From an uncultured Bdellovibrionales bacterium (GTDB lineage Bacteria > Patescibacteriota > Minisyncoccia > Moranbacterales > DUUL01), in assembly GCA_964421125.1 (NCBI GenBank), contig CAYQVD010000002.1, positions 13,579 to 77,578 on the forward strand: a stretch of 64,000 nucleotides of DNA, given 5' to 3'. A model generated the notes under the pieces. The model was not told where the DNA came from and did not search any database. It was given only the letters and a program-made list of their open reading frames with translations. The first letter of the stretch is position 1. Every line of letters begins with the position of its first letter. Made by a program: the position numbers and the translations under genes. Shown here piece by piece: positions 1-9,102 of this stretch.

Positions 1-1
1 A

Positions 2-1051
2 ATTTCTGGACACGCAGAGAAATTTGCAGAGGAACTTTTCCATGTTACCTCAGAACACAAACAGAACTTAGTGATGAAACCAGTTCAATGTCCACATCAA
101 ACCCAGATTTTTGCATCAAGACCACGTTCTTATCGAGATCTTCCAATTCGATACATGGAATCTGAAAAACAATATCGAGCAGAAAAACCAGGCGAAATTA
201 GTGGGCTAAGCCGTGTCATCGCTATTACTGTTGAAGATGGTCACTCTTTTTGTCGAATAGACCAAGTGAAACAAGAGCTAAAAAACATGGTCCAGATCAT
301 TAAAGATTTCTATGAACCACTTGGACTTTGGGGAAATCATTGGGTATCCCTTTCTGTTCGAGACTATGAACATCCTGAAAAATATATTGGGGAACCAAAA
401 GACTGGGATAAATGTGAAAAAATACTTGAAGAAATTTCCAATGAAATGGGCCTCGAAGCAAAAAGATGTGAAGGAGAAGCAGCTCTCTATGGACCGAAGC
501 TAGATTTCATGTTCAAAGATGCCCTTGGAAAAGAAATTCAAATCCCAACTGTTCAACTTGATTTTGCAACTCCAAAAAAATTCGAGCTTGTTTATACTAA
601 TGAAAAAGGAGAGAAAGTTAACCCCGTCATGGTTCATCGAGCAATTCTTGGTTCTTATGAAAGAATGCTCGTTCTTCTGATTGAACATTTCGCCGGTGCT
701 TTCCCTGTTTGGCTATCCCCTGTTCAAGTTTCGATTCTGCCAGTATCTGAAAAATTTAATGACTACGCTCAAAAAGTGTCCGAAAAACTCCAAGAAGCTG
801 ACGTAAGAGTTGAAATTGTTAATTCCGATGACTCTCTTGGAAAAAAGATCGCAGAAACTACCAAGCAAAAAGTTCCATATATTCTTGTAGTTGGTGAAAA
901 AGAAACTGAAAATGAAACAGTTGCAGTTCGTGAACGAGATAGCAAAGAGAGTCCCGCTAACGCTAAAGCTAGAGCTGGTAAGCAAAATGAAATGAAGACT
1001 GATGAATTCCTAGAAAGAATTCTGAAAGAAATTGAGACAAAAAAGTTATAA
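2..1051 (+). CDS. thrS: Threonyl-tRNA synthetase, C-terminal part; the 5' end lies outside the window because the reading frame stays open back to position 2.
   Basis: Class II aaRS core followed by an anticodon-binding domain (RAILGSYERMLVLLIEHFAGAFPVWLSPVQV...PYILVVGEKE). An upstream HAEKF... motif is ThrRS-like. No stop codon upstream. Confidence 0.85.
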   Translation: MSGHAEKFAEELFHVTSEHKQNLVMKPVQCPHQTQIFASRPRSYRDLPIRYMESEKQYRAEKPGEISGLSRVIAITVEDGHSFCRIDQVKQELKNMVQIIKDFYEPLGLWGNHWVSLSVRDYEHPEKYIGEPKDWDKCEKILEEISNEMGLEAKRCEGEAALYGPKLDFMFKDALGKEIQIPTVQLDFATPKKFELVYTNEKGEKVNPVMVHRAILGSYERMLVLLIEHFAGAFPVWLSPVQVSILPVSEKFNDYAQKVSEKLQEADVRVEIVNSDDSLGKKIAETTKQKVPYILVVGEKETENETVAVRERDSKESPANAKARAGKQNEMKTDEFLERILKEIETKKL

Positions 1052-1105
1052 ATAGAAAAGGTATACGTTTGTATACCTTCTTCTAAATAACGATGTATTT
1101 AAAAT

Positions 1106-1498
1106 TTATCTTACCACTTTTAAATTAATTTCCATTTTTATACCAAGGTCTTCAAGGATTTTAATTGCCTTAAACATCTCAGGCAAATTTTCCCCTGTGA
1201 CGATTCCAGATGGCTCTTTTACAATTAATTCAACATTAAATTTACCAAGCTTTGCGAAATAATCATCTTCATATACTTCAATATACTTGTTTTTGAATTT
1301 GATTGCTGGAAATATTTTTAATAAACCTTCCCCGTTCTCAACTCCTAAAACTTTTCTAAGAGGTCCCTCCCAGTTTTCACGTAAAATTGTTTTCCCACTC
1401 CTTACTTCACAAAGATAAGAATTTACACCTTTTATACGGTCCAACTTACCCATAATTTCAGCAACTTCACGTGCAATATCTTTTAATTTCTTTTTCAT
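1106..1498 (-). CDS. Hypothetical 130-aa protein.
   Basis: Clean ORF divergent from the miaB-like gene. No recognisable motif. Confidence 0.5.
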   Translation of the reverse strand: MKKKLKDIAREVAEIMGKLDRIKGVNSYLCEVRSGKTILRENWEGPLRKVLGVENGEGLLKIFPAIKFKNKYIEVYEDDYFAKLGKFNVELIVKEPSGIVTGENLPEMFKAIKILEDLGIKMEINLKVVR

Positions 1499-1569
1499 TT
1501 AAGCCTCCTCTTATCTTAATTTACGATAAATTTTATAATATTATGTACTATAACTATTAAAAAACTTCT

Positions 1570-2754
1570 TTGAAGTATTACATCAAAACCTTCGGTTGTC
1601 AAATGAATGAAAGTGACTCAGAAAGAATCGCTAGTTTTTTTGATTCTCAGGGCTTTCAGGAAACTCAAGAAATTAAAAAAGCTGATTTGGTCATATTTAA
1701 TACTTGCGGAGTTCGACAAACTGCAGAAGACCGGGTCTATGGACAAGTCCATAACATCCGAAAAGCTTCCCCAAATGTGAAAATTATCATTACTGGTTGC
1801 ATCGCACACAGAAAAGATGTACAAAGAAGATTAAAAGATAAAGTAGATTTATTTATTTCTATTAAAGATATCAAAAAAATACCCGTTGAATTGTCGTTCT
1901 TACAAGATCCAGCTTCATTAACTTTCGGCGAGCAAAAATATAATACTCAGAAAAATTCAGATTGCAATGATTACCTAAATATAACTCCCAAATATGCAAA
2001 TAAAGAATCGGCTTTCATTCCAATCATGACTGGTTGTAACAATTTCTGCTCCTATTGCGTCGTTCCCTATGCTCGTGGAAGAGAATATTCAAGACCAGTC
2101 GAAGAAATTTTCAAAGAAATTAAAAATCTTTATAAAAAAGGATACAAAGAAATCACCCTGTTAGGACAAAATATAAACAGCTATTGTTATGAAAATAGTA
2201 ATTCGAAATTAACAACTAGGAAAAATTCAAAAACCCCTAATTACAAATTACACATTACAAATTATAACAAAAAAGTAACCTTCCCTACTCTATTAAACTC
2301 CATTGCAAAATCTTTTCCCAACATAAAATTCCATTTCCTCACCTCTCATCCAAAAGATTTTTCAGAAAAATTAATGAACGTGGTTGCAAAAAATAATAAT
2401 ATTTCAAAAGAAATTCATCTTCCCATTCAATCTGGCAGTGACAAAATCCTCAAAGCCATGAATCGTCCCTATACCCAAAAACATTATTTAAAACTTATAA
2501 AAAAAGCTCAAGAAATAATTCCGAGAGTTACCTTCACCACAGACGTAATAATCGGATTCCCCGGAGAAACTGAAGAAGATTTTCAAGAAACCGTAAAAGT
2601 TTTTGAAAAAGTTAATTATACTAAAGCTTATCTTAATAAATATTCCCCTCGCCCAGAAACTGTTGCTGAAAAACTTGGTGATCCAATTGAGTGGAATGAG
2701 AAAAAAAGACGAGCAAAATTCTTGAGACAATTTGTTAAAAATAAAAAAGAATAA
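1570..2754 (+). CDS. MiaB/RimO-family radical-SAM tRNA methylthiotransferase with a TTG start.
   Basis: N-terminal MTTase domain (TFGCQMNESDSE, NTCGVR). Radical-SAM CNNFCSYCVVP motif. A low-complexity N/K/T-rich insertion is present. Confidence 0.8.
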   Translation: MKYYIKTFGCQMNESDSERIASFFDSQGFQETQEIKKADLVIFNTCGVRQTAEDRVYGQVHNIRKASPNVKIIITGCIAHRKDVQRRLKDKVDLFISIKDIKKIPVELSFLQDPASLTFGEQKYNTQKNSDCNDYLNITPKYANKESAFIPIMTGCNNFCSYCVVPYARGREYSRPVEEIFKEIKNLYKKGYKEITLLGQNINSYCYENSNSKLTTRKNSKTPNYKLHITNYNKKVTFPTLLNSIAKSFPNIKFHFLTSHPKDFSEKLMNVVAKNNNISKEIHLPIQSGSDKILKAMNRPYTQKHYLKLIKKAQEIIPRVTFTTDVIIGFPGETEEDFQETVKVFEKVNYTKAYLNKYSPRPETVAEKLGDPIEWNEKKRRAKFLRQFVKNKKE

Positions 2755-2772
2755 ACTATTTTTTGTATTCTA

Positions 2773-2810
2773 AAAGCCCAAATCATTTTACGGTTTGGGC
2801 TTTTATTTTT
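2773..2810 (+). terminator. Rho-independent terminator after the miaB-like gene.
   Basis: aagcccaaa-(loop)-tttgggctt stem followed by the run ttttattttt. Confidence 0.6.
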
Positions 2811-2991
2811 CATTTTCATTAAATATAACACTAGATGACTCCGACATTACAAAAATCAAAGTATTCTCTATTATGCCAACTTTATTATTTAGCAATTTTC
2901 CATCAGGAGATAGATATTTATCAAGATCTTCTTCAATGGAGTTCCATCTCATCCTTATCTCTTTTTTTTCTTCCTCGGAATACTCTTTCAT
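2803..2991 (-). CDS. Small hypothetical acidic protein of 62 aa.
   Basis: ORF in an otherwise empty spacer. No homology signal. Confidence 0.25.
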   Translation of the reverse strand: MKEYSEEEKKEIRMRWNSIEEDLDKYLSPDGKLLNNKVGIIENTLIFVMSESSSVIFNENEK

Positions 2992-3090
2992 AAATACTCC
3001 CCTTTTTATTTTAAAAGATTACAGTTAATTGACAAAAAACATCCCTGAAGAACAAGGATATCAAAAAAATACCACCAAGTCAATAAATAA

Positions 3091-3795
3091 CTACTTTTCT
3101 ATGCTTCTATTTTCCACAATAATCGCAAATTCACCTTTAACTTTGTCTGAATTTTCTTCGAAATAATCAAGAATTTCACTTACATTTCCCCTTTTCACCT
3201 GCTCAAACATCTTTGTCAATTCTCGTCCAACGACCAAATTTGGCTCAATTCCCTGTTTTTGACTTAATTCCTGCAAAAGATTAAGATTTTTCATCAAACG
3301 ATGCGGAGATTCAAAAAAAACCACTGGAATTTCACTCTCTAGAAGTTTTCCGAAAAACTTGTTACGCCCCTTTTTCTGGGGGGTAAAACCCCAAAATTGG
3401 AACTTTGACATGTTTAATCCCGAAACTGAGATCAAGGATGTCAGAGAAGATGGTCCAGGGATGGAGATAACGTCAATTTCGTCTCCCAAAAGTTCCCAAA
3501 CTCTTGAAATAAGCTCATTTCCAGGGTCTGAAAGGCCTGGAGTGCCTGCATCTGATACAAGTGCCAAGTCATCCCCATTCTTAAGCCTTTCCAGTATCTT
3601 CTCAAACTTTTGAAAGTTACTTTTTCGATGAAATGAATCAGTTGGTTTGTCGATTTCGAAGTGATTTAAGAGATTTCGAGTCACCCTCGTGTCTTCACAC
3701 AAAATCAAATCAACACTTTTCAGCACTTCAACTGCCCGAAAAGTCATATCCCCCAAATTCCCAATTGGTGTCGCTACTATGTATAATTTAGACAT
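3091..3795 (-). CDS. rsmI: 16S rRNA (cytidine1402-2'-O)-methyltransferase RsmI.
   Basis: MSKLYIVATPIGNLGDMTFRAVEVL...LCEDTRVTRNLL, which is the tetrapyrrole-methylase fold signature of RsmI. Confidence 0.9.
   Translation of the reverse strand: MSKLYIVATPIGNLGDMTFRAVEVLKSVDLILCEDTRVTRNLLNHFEIDKPTDSFHRKSNFQKFEKILERLKNGDDLALVSDAGTPGLSDPGNELISRVWELLGDEIDVISIPGPSSLTSLISVSGLNMSKFQFWGFTPQKKGRNKFFGKLLESEIPVVFFESPHRLMKNLNLLQELSQKQGIEPNLVVGRELTKMFEQVKRGNVSEILDYFEENSDKVKGEFAIIVENRSIEK
3734..3792. repeat. Direct repeat copy A: the first 59 bp of rsmI coding sequence.
   Basis: Identical 59-mer at 4910..4968. About 66 bp match with one mismatch. Confidence 0.9.
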
Positions 3796-3816
3796 TTATT
3801 TTTATCAAAAATTATT

Positions 3817-3841
3817 TACAAAAGACTTCCAAGAAAGAAGT
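3817..3841 (-). terminator. Hairpin aaagacttc/gaagtcttt downstream of the cassette's last gene and just upstream of the rsmI start.
   Basis: 9-bp inverted repeat with a 7-nt loop, followed on the minus strand by a T-rich tract. Confidence 0.4.
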
Positions 3842-3877
3842 CTTTAAAAAAACTAATGAAAACTGTGAGAATTTACT

Positions 3878-4069
3878 CTAATTTTTACACTCACTCAAGT
3901 CAACTTTTTCGCCAAATTTTTTTTCGTATCTTCTTATTAGACCCAACTGATCTTCATTAGCCTTTTTGACAGCTTTTCTTAATATTTTTACTTTGTCAGC
4001 CGAAGACATCTCGAAATAATTCCGAGAGACTTTTTTTTCTTTTTTAAATATTTTCTTAAAATCTAACAT
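3878..4069 (-). CDS. Small 63-aa protein translationally coupled to the zeta-toxin-like gene. It is a candidate partner or antitoxin.
   Basis: Its start overlaps the upstream gene's stop by 7 nt. Basic/acidic helical composition. Confidence 0.45.
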   Translation of the reverse strand: MLDFKKIFKKEKKVSRNYFEMSSADKVKILRKAVKKANEDQLGLIRRYEKKFGEKVDLSECKN

Positions 4070-4803
4070 ATTTTTGAAATTAATGATTGCTTAGTGTATT
4101 TCATTTTTAAATGGTTGTCAACACTATCTATGTTTAGATTAATTTTTACTTCAAACCTATTTACATCCTTATCATTATTATACAACCTTTCAATTAAAGT
4201 TAATTCAATCTGAGATCCAAACTCCTTCTTTATTTGATTTACATTGTCTTTTGCTTTAAATAAGGATTCAACAAAAAAATCTTCTGGAATCGATCTACCC
4301 TCTTCATCCGATCTCTTAATGGTAAAATTCCATGCCACAATTGGATCAATATACAGATAAAATATTCCGACACTACGATCTTTGTCTAAAGATCTTTTTA
4401 CATTGTCCCGTGACTTTTTATAATTTGAAAATGTATTATCAAGAATAATGTTTTGTTTTTTATTTAATGAAAAATCAAATATCTTTTCAACTCCCACATT
4501 TGAAGCTGACTTAAAAATATCAGTATTGGTACCGTCATAGCCAATATCACCAAAAAAACTCCGTATCTCATCATCATCAATCCGAACAATTCCTCCGTCA
4601 CACTTAAAGCTAACCAACTTCTCGATAAGCCCACTTTCAATCAACCCCTTAGATGTTTCTGTTTTTCCTGCCCCAGGAGAACCTGCCATGAAAATCGAAA
4701 AAGGCTTTTCCGTTGATGGATATTTATCCAGAGAAGCAAATTGCTCAAGCAATCTTTTTTTATTTTCTTTTAAATATTTTTTTGCCTCCTCTGATTTCTT
4801 CAT
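4063..4803 (-). CDS. Zeta-toxin family P-loop kinase (UDP-GlcNAc kinase-like toxin domain).
   Basis: Walker A MAGSPGAGKTETSKG and the downstream RIDDDEIRSFF motif, resembling the GQPGAGKT and IDxDxxR motifs of zeta/PezT toxins. Length of 246 aa matches the domain. Confidence 0.7.
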   Translation of the reverse strand: MKKSEEAKKYLKENKKRLLEQFASLDKYPSTEKPFSIFMAGSPGAGKTETSKGLIESGLIEKLVSFKCDGGIVRIDDDEIRSFFGDIGYDGTNTDIFKSASNVGVEKIFDFSLNKKQNIILDNTFSNYKKSRDNVKRSLDKDRSVGIFYLYIDPIVAWNFTIKRSDEEGRSIPEDFFVESLFKAKDNVNQIKKEFGSQIELTLIERLYNNDKDVNRFEVKINLNIDSVDNHLKMKYTKQSLISKIC

Positions 4804-4815
4804 GTTTCTTTATAT

Positions 4816-4843
4816 ATTATAACAGAAAATCTAAATTCGACAA
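4816..4843 (-). promoter_or_regulatory. Sigma-70-like promoter for the zeta cassette.
   Basis: On the minus strand: TTGTCG, a 16-nt spacer, TATAAT, then 14 nt to the ATG. Confidence 0.4.
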
Positions 4844-4902
4844 ATTCTATTCATTCTTGCTGAAACAGGATTGTAACTCAGTTCATTGTTTTCTTCAAAC
4901 AT

Positions 4903-4971
4903 TTCAACCGCCCGAAAAGTCATATCCCCCAAATTCCCAATTGGTGTCGCTACTATGTATAATTTAGATAT
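4903..4971 (-). pseudogene. Duplicated, diverged 5' fragment of rsmI. The start codon has become ATA.
   Basis: Translates ISKLYIVATPIGNLGDMTFRAVE, then diverges from RsmI. Confidence 0.8.
4910..4968. repeat. Direct repeat copy B of the rsmI 5' end.
   Basis: Identical to 3734..3792, 1176 bp away. Confidence 0.9.
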
Positions 4972-4985
4972 ATATTAAAATTAAT

Positions 4986-5561
4986 TTACTTTAATTTTGT
5001 TTCAGCAAAATTTTTTATTTCCAACCAACTATCCAAAGCGTCTGGTATGGAAAATTCAATGTGTTGCCCAATCATGGAAGTGTCTACGGTTCTCTGCTTC
5101 CATGACACCGAAATAATATCTTTCTTCAAAAGGTCAGATGGCCACTCACGCAAAATACCCCCTTCTTTATGTGAGCAAATATTTCAAATAATTCTCATAA
5201 ATTGAAACCATTGTTGCGCCTTATAAACTGGAAACTGATTCGTTTCATCACAATATTTCAAAATAATTTCATGTGATTCACGAAGAATAGATCTCATGAG
5301 ACTGGATTCAAATTCGGACAACATTAATTCTCTTCCATTTCTTGTTTTGTTTAACATGATATGGGAAATATCTCTTAAAGGCACTTCCAATAAAGTTTGA
5401 TCTGATCTTTTAAATTTAGCATTTTGTGTTGAAATTTCCATCCATTTCTGTTCAGGTATTATTCTAGTTGCTAAATTTCCAAATAAAAAATTATTTCGAA
5501 TATTTAATAAACTACCTAATAATTCAGCTTTTGTCATGCTTCTAAAATAAAAATATTTCAA
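4986..5561 (-). pseudogene. Hypothetical protein gene interrupted by an in-frame TGA at 5184..5186. Likely start at 5537 (MTKAELL).
   Basis: An N-terminal 117-aa ORF ends with TGA. A further 65 codons follow in the same frame (GGILREWPSDLLKKDIISVSWKQRTVDTSMIGQHIEFSIPDALDSWLEIKNFAETKLK) before a TAA. Confidence 0.45.
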
Positions 5562-5745
5562 CTACTTACCAAAGCAATCTTACAATCCGATCTAAGCTTT
5601 TAAAATACCAACTAAAAAACTATCCTATAGTTTCCCCTTCTTGCTAGAGCGAACTTGTAGTCCTGTTCATTAATTAGGCCTTAAAACAAATCTTTAAAAT
5701 TTCTAATTGAAAATTCACTGGAAATTAAAAAATTAAAAATGAAAA

Positions 5746-8058
5746 TTAATCTCTGATCTCCCCTTCCTCCCCAACCTGATCAAGCTGAACAGAAAGAAGT
5801 TGTGAGATTCCACCATCGTTCATGGAAACTCCATAGAGAACAGTAGCTTCTTTCATGGTTTGACGATTATGAGTGACAAGCACAAACTGGGTCTTATTTG
5901 AAAGTTGTCTTAAAATTTTTCCAAATCTTTTGGAATTTGCTTCGTCAAGTGATGCTTCAACTTCATCAAGAATTGCAAATGGTGGTGGATTATGAGAAAT
6001 AATTGCGAAAAGAAGTGCAATTGAAGTCAAAGCTCTTTCCCCACCAGAAAGCATCCCAAGATTAGAAATTTTCTTTCCTGGAGGACAAGCCTTAATCTCA
6101 ATTCCAATCTGAACATCATCCTCATCAATTTCCTCAACATCCAAATCAATTTCATTACCATGTTCATCTACTTCAACGTCTTTTCCGCTAGTTCTTTTTC
6201 TTATTTCAACCTTAACCAATTCTGCTTTTCCACCATCAAAAATAATTTTAAAATATTCTGCAAACTTTTTGTTAATATTCTCAAAAGTCTCTTCAAAGCT
6301 TCCCTTAATGTTATGATCCATCTCTTTAATGATCTTCCGAAGACTTTTAATTGCTTCTTCCAAATCTCCTGATTCTTTTGAAAGAAAATCATACCGCTCT
6401 TGTGTCTCTTGATATTCCTGCAAAATTGTTTCATCAATTGCTCCAACCTGTTCAAGTTGAAATTTGAGTCGCTCAATGGCATGTTCCCATTTGTTCACAT
6501 CAACATCGATGGTCTTTTTCTCAAGTTTTTCTGGACCAATCTTCATCTCTTTTTCAATTCGAATCTGCAAATCCTCTTCTCGAACCTCCAATTTCGCAAG
6601 CTCCAATTTATAATCGTTAAATTGATCCTTCACTTTTTCAGTCTCGAATTGTTTTCTTCGAAGTTGATCTTCCAACTTAATCATTTCTCGACGTTCATCT
6701 TGATCACTCTTAACAAGCTCATTAATTTTTTCACGAATCTTTTCTCTCTTGCCTTCAATTTCATTTCTTTCTTTTTCCAGTTTTTCAACTCCTGATTGCA
6801 TTACTGAAAGCCTTTTTTGTCCCTCTTCTTGAATTGCTCTCAATTTGTCCACTTGTTTTTTCTTTTCAATCTTTCCCTTAATCACTCCTTGATGAAGCTC
6901 TGAAAGATCAATTGATATTTTCTCTGCGTAATCTTTAAGCTCTTTCAAGTCTCCAATTTTTTTCAAGGCTGAGATTTTTTCAACCAATTGACCTTGTCTT
7001 TTTTGAAGATCTTCAAGTCTTGTCCTGATGAATCCTGCATCAACTGGAATTATTTCAATTACTTTAATTTCTTTCTGTCGCTCTTTTTCAAGCTCCATCT
7101 TTCCTTGTTCGATAATCAGTTTTCTTTCCAAATCATTTGAAAAATGATTCACTTTTCGTTCTTCTTCTTCAAGTTTTTGAATTTCCTCTTGATGATCAGC
7201 TTTATTCCCAGACTCTTTACTCAATTTGTCTTTAATTTCATCAATTTCTCGTTGATTTATCATAATCTGCTTAGAAAAATCATCCCTAATTCCAGAAGAC
7301 TGATTTTTTTCAGTTTGAATCTTATTCCAAAGAAAACCAAAAAATTCATTCTGTTTTCGTTTCAAATTTGCTCGATATTCATCGCCTTTTTCTGCCTTTT
7401 GGCTTTGACGACGAAGCGTGTTGAGATGTGGTTCAATTTCAATTAAAAGTCCCTTCACTCTTTCAATATTAACCTTGGTTAATCTCAGCTTCCTCTCACT
7501 TCGATCTTTTTTAATTTGATGCTCTTTCACTCCAGCGACTTCTTCAATCATCACCCGTCGCTCCACAGGAGTTGCATTCAAAACATGATCAGCCATTCCT
7601 TGATTGATGATACAATAACTTCGTTGGCCAATTCCAGCTTTTGCAAGCATATCAACAATATCTAAAAGTCGAACCTTACTTCCATTGATAAGATATTCAC
7701 TTTCTCCACTTCGATAAATCTTTCTTGAAATCACTAAGTCATCATAATCAATTGGAATTTTTTTGGAAGAGTTGTCCAAATACATTGAAACTTGAGCACT
7801 TCCTAATTGAGATTTCTTTCCTGATCCAGCAAAAATGATATCTTCAGACTTCTTTCCTCGTAAAGTTTTCATTGATTGCTCTCCCATAGACCATTTCAAA
7901 GCATCTGCAATATTTGATTTTCCAGATCCATTTGGTCCAACAATCGCCGTGATTCCAAGGGTTTTCCCATTACTCAAAACACCAGCTTTGGAAAAATCCA
8001 GAACTGTTTTCTTTGCAAATGATTTAAAACCGCTCATTTCAAGTTTTTTTAGAAACAT
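5746..8058 (-). CDS. smc: SMC-family chromosome segregation ATPase, unusually short at 770 aa.
   Basis: N-terminal Walker A GPNGSGKSN, a long coiled coil, then C-terminal LSGGERALTSIALLFAI and the D-loop AILDEVEASLD. Confidence 0.8.
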   Translation of the reverse strand: MFLKKLEMSGFKSFAKKTVLDFSKAGVLSNGKTLGITAIVGPNGSGKSNIADALKWSMGEQSMKTLRGKKSEDIIFAGSGKKSQLGSAQVSMYLDNSSKKIPIDYDDLVISRKIYRSGESEYLINGSKVRLLDIVDMLAKAGIGQRSYCIINQGMADHVLNATPVERRVMIEEVAGVKEHQIKKDRSERKLRLTKVNIERVKGLLIEIEPHLNTLRRQSQKAEKGDEYRANLKRKQNEFFGFLWNKIQTEKNQSSGIRDDFSKQIMINQREIDEIKDKLSKESGNKADHQEEIQKLEEEERKVNHFSNDLERKLIIEQGKMELEKERQKEIKVIEIIPVDAGFIRTRLEDLQKRQGQLVEKISALKKIGDLKELKDYAEKISIDLSELHQGVIKGKIEKKKQVDKLRAIQEEGQKRLSVMQSGVEKLEKERNEIEGKREKIREKINELVKSDQDERREMIKLEDQLRRKQFETEKVKDQFNDYKLELAKLEVREEDLQIRIEKEMKIGPEKLEKKTIDVDVNKWEHAIERLKFQLEQVGAIDETILQEYQETQERYDFLSKESGDLEEAIKSLRKIIKEMDHNIKGSFEETFENINKKFAEYFKIIFDGGKAELVKVEIRKRTSGKDVEVDEHGNEIDLDVEEIDEDDVQIGIEIKACPPGKKISNLGMLSGGERALTSIALLFAIISHNPPPFAILDEVEASLDEANSKRFGKILRQLSNKTQFVLVTHNRQTMKEATVLYGVSMNDGGISQLLSVQLDQVGEEGEIRD

Positions 8059-8102
8059 CTTCTTTTATTATTTTGAGATTTGATTTTTAAATTTTGATTT
8101 TC

Positions 8103-8825
8103 TTACTCCCACCCTCTTGCTTTCAAACCAGCTATAGCTGCATTTCTTTGTGCTTCCTGTTTTGATTCACCCTCTCCTTCAGCAACCTTTTCCTTTCCAA
8201 GAAAAACTGCCACAGAAAATTTCTTATCATGATCTGGTCCCCATTCTTTTACAACTTCATAATGAGGAGTAACCTGATCAATCTCCTGAGCCTTTTCCTG
8301 AAAATAGCTTTTTGGGTCTCGATAACTTTTTGTTTCCAAAACGTTTGAAAGTTTTGAAATTATATATTTATTAATAAATTTATCTGCCTCTCTATATCCC
8401 AAATCAAGATGAATCGCACCAATAATCGCCTCCATTGCATTGGCAAGGATATATTGTCTTGCTTTTCCAGTATCTTTACTTTCTCCTCGTGACATAAGTA
8501 AAAATTCTTCAATTTCAATTTCCTGCCCAATTTTAGCAAGCATTTCACCATTGACAAGGGCTGCTCGCCAATTTGTAAGATCACCTTCTGGATTTTTATA
8601 ATTCGCAAACAAATATTCCGTCACTGAAAGCTCCAAAACTGCATCTCCTAGAAATTCCAACCTTTCGTTGTGTGGAAATTCGTAGTCCCGATTTTCATTA
8701 AGATAAGATCTGTGAGTTAACGCTTCCTGAAGGATTTGATAATCCTCAAATTTAAGGCCAAGTTTTTTAGCCAATCCCTTTGCTTGTTCTTGCATAACTG
8801 TTTTAACAGCCAAGATGGAAATCAT
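8103..8825 (-). CDS. rnc: Ribonuclease III.
   Basis: ERLEFLGDAVLEL signature followed by a C-terminal dsRBD. Confidence 0.9.
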   Translation of the reverse strand: MISILAVKTVMQEQAKGLAKKLGLKFEDYQILQEALTHRSYLNENRDYEFPHNERLEFLGDAVLELSVTEYLFANYKNPEGDLTNWRAALVNGEMLAKIGQEIEIEEFLLMSRGESKDTGKARQYILANAMEAIIGAIHLDLGYREADKFINKYIISKLSNVLETKSYRDPKSYFQEKAQEIDQVTPHYEVVKEWGPDHDKKFSVAVFLGKEKVAEGEGESKQEAQRNAAIAGLKARGWE

Positions 8826-9044
8826 GAAGATTATTCATAACTTTCAACCGAGCGTTTTATTTAGTTAATAGTTAATAATTTTTAGTTAGTAGCTAAATTG
8901 TCATTCCTGTGAGGGCAGGAATCCCTTAGTCTTCATACTAATATAATATTACAAAGCCTAACAATAGAATTCTATCATAAAATCTTCAAAAATCAAACAT
9001 TATTATTTTACCCCCTTATTGCAAAAAGAGACACAGAAAATTTA

Positions 9045-9084
9045 TTATGAAAAAGAAAATCACCAGTAAACACTAGTGATTTTC
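9045..9084 (-). terminator. Intrinsic terminator of nrdD.
   Basis: 13-bp stem (gaaaatcaccagt/actagtgattttc) with a T-run on the minus strand. Confidence 0.55.
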
Positions 9085-9102
9085 ATTCAATATGCATTAA
9101 GC

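Noticed and set aside
4713-4967. 84-aa ORF on the plus strand overlapping the zeta gene start and repeat B.
   Set aside because: It lies antisense to the cassette promoter and the pseudo-rsmI fragment and has hydrophobic low-complexity composition.
5184-5186. TGA recoding (genetic code 25 or selenocysteine) as the explanation of the in-frame TGA.
   Set aside because: All long conserved genes in the window (tuf, fusA, recA, atpA/D, ftsZ) are intact under the standard code with ordinary stops. No SECIS-like context is evident.
6160-7446. Multiple 70-130-aa ORFs on the plus strand inside the smc gene, and similar antisense ORFs within fusA, tuf, ftsZ and atpD.
   Set aside because: They are low-complexity F/L/N/S-rich translations of AT-rich antisense sequence lying fully inside strongly supported genes.
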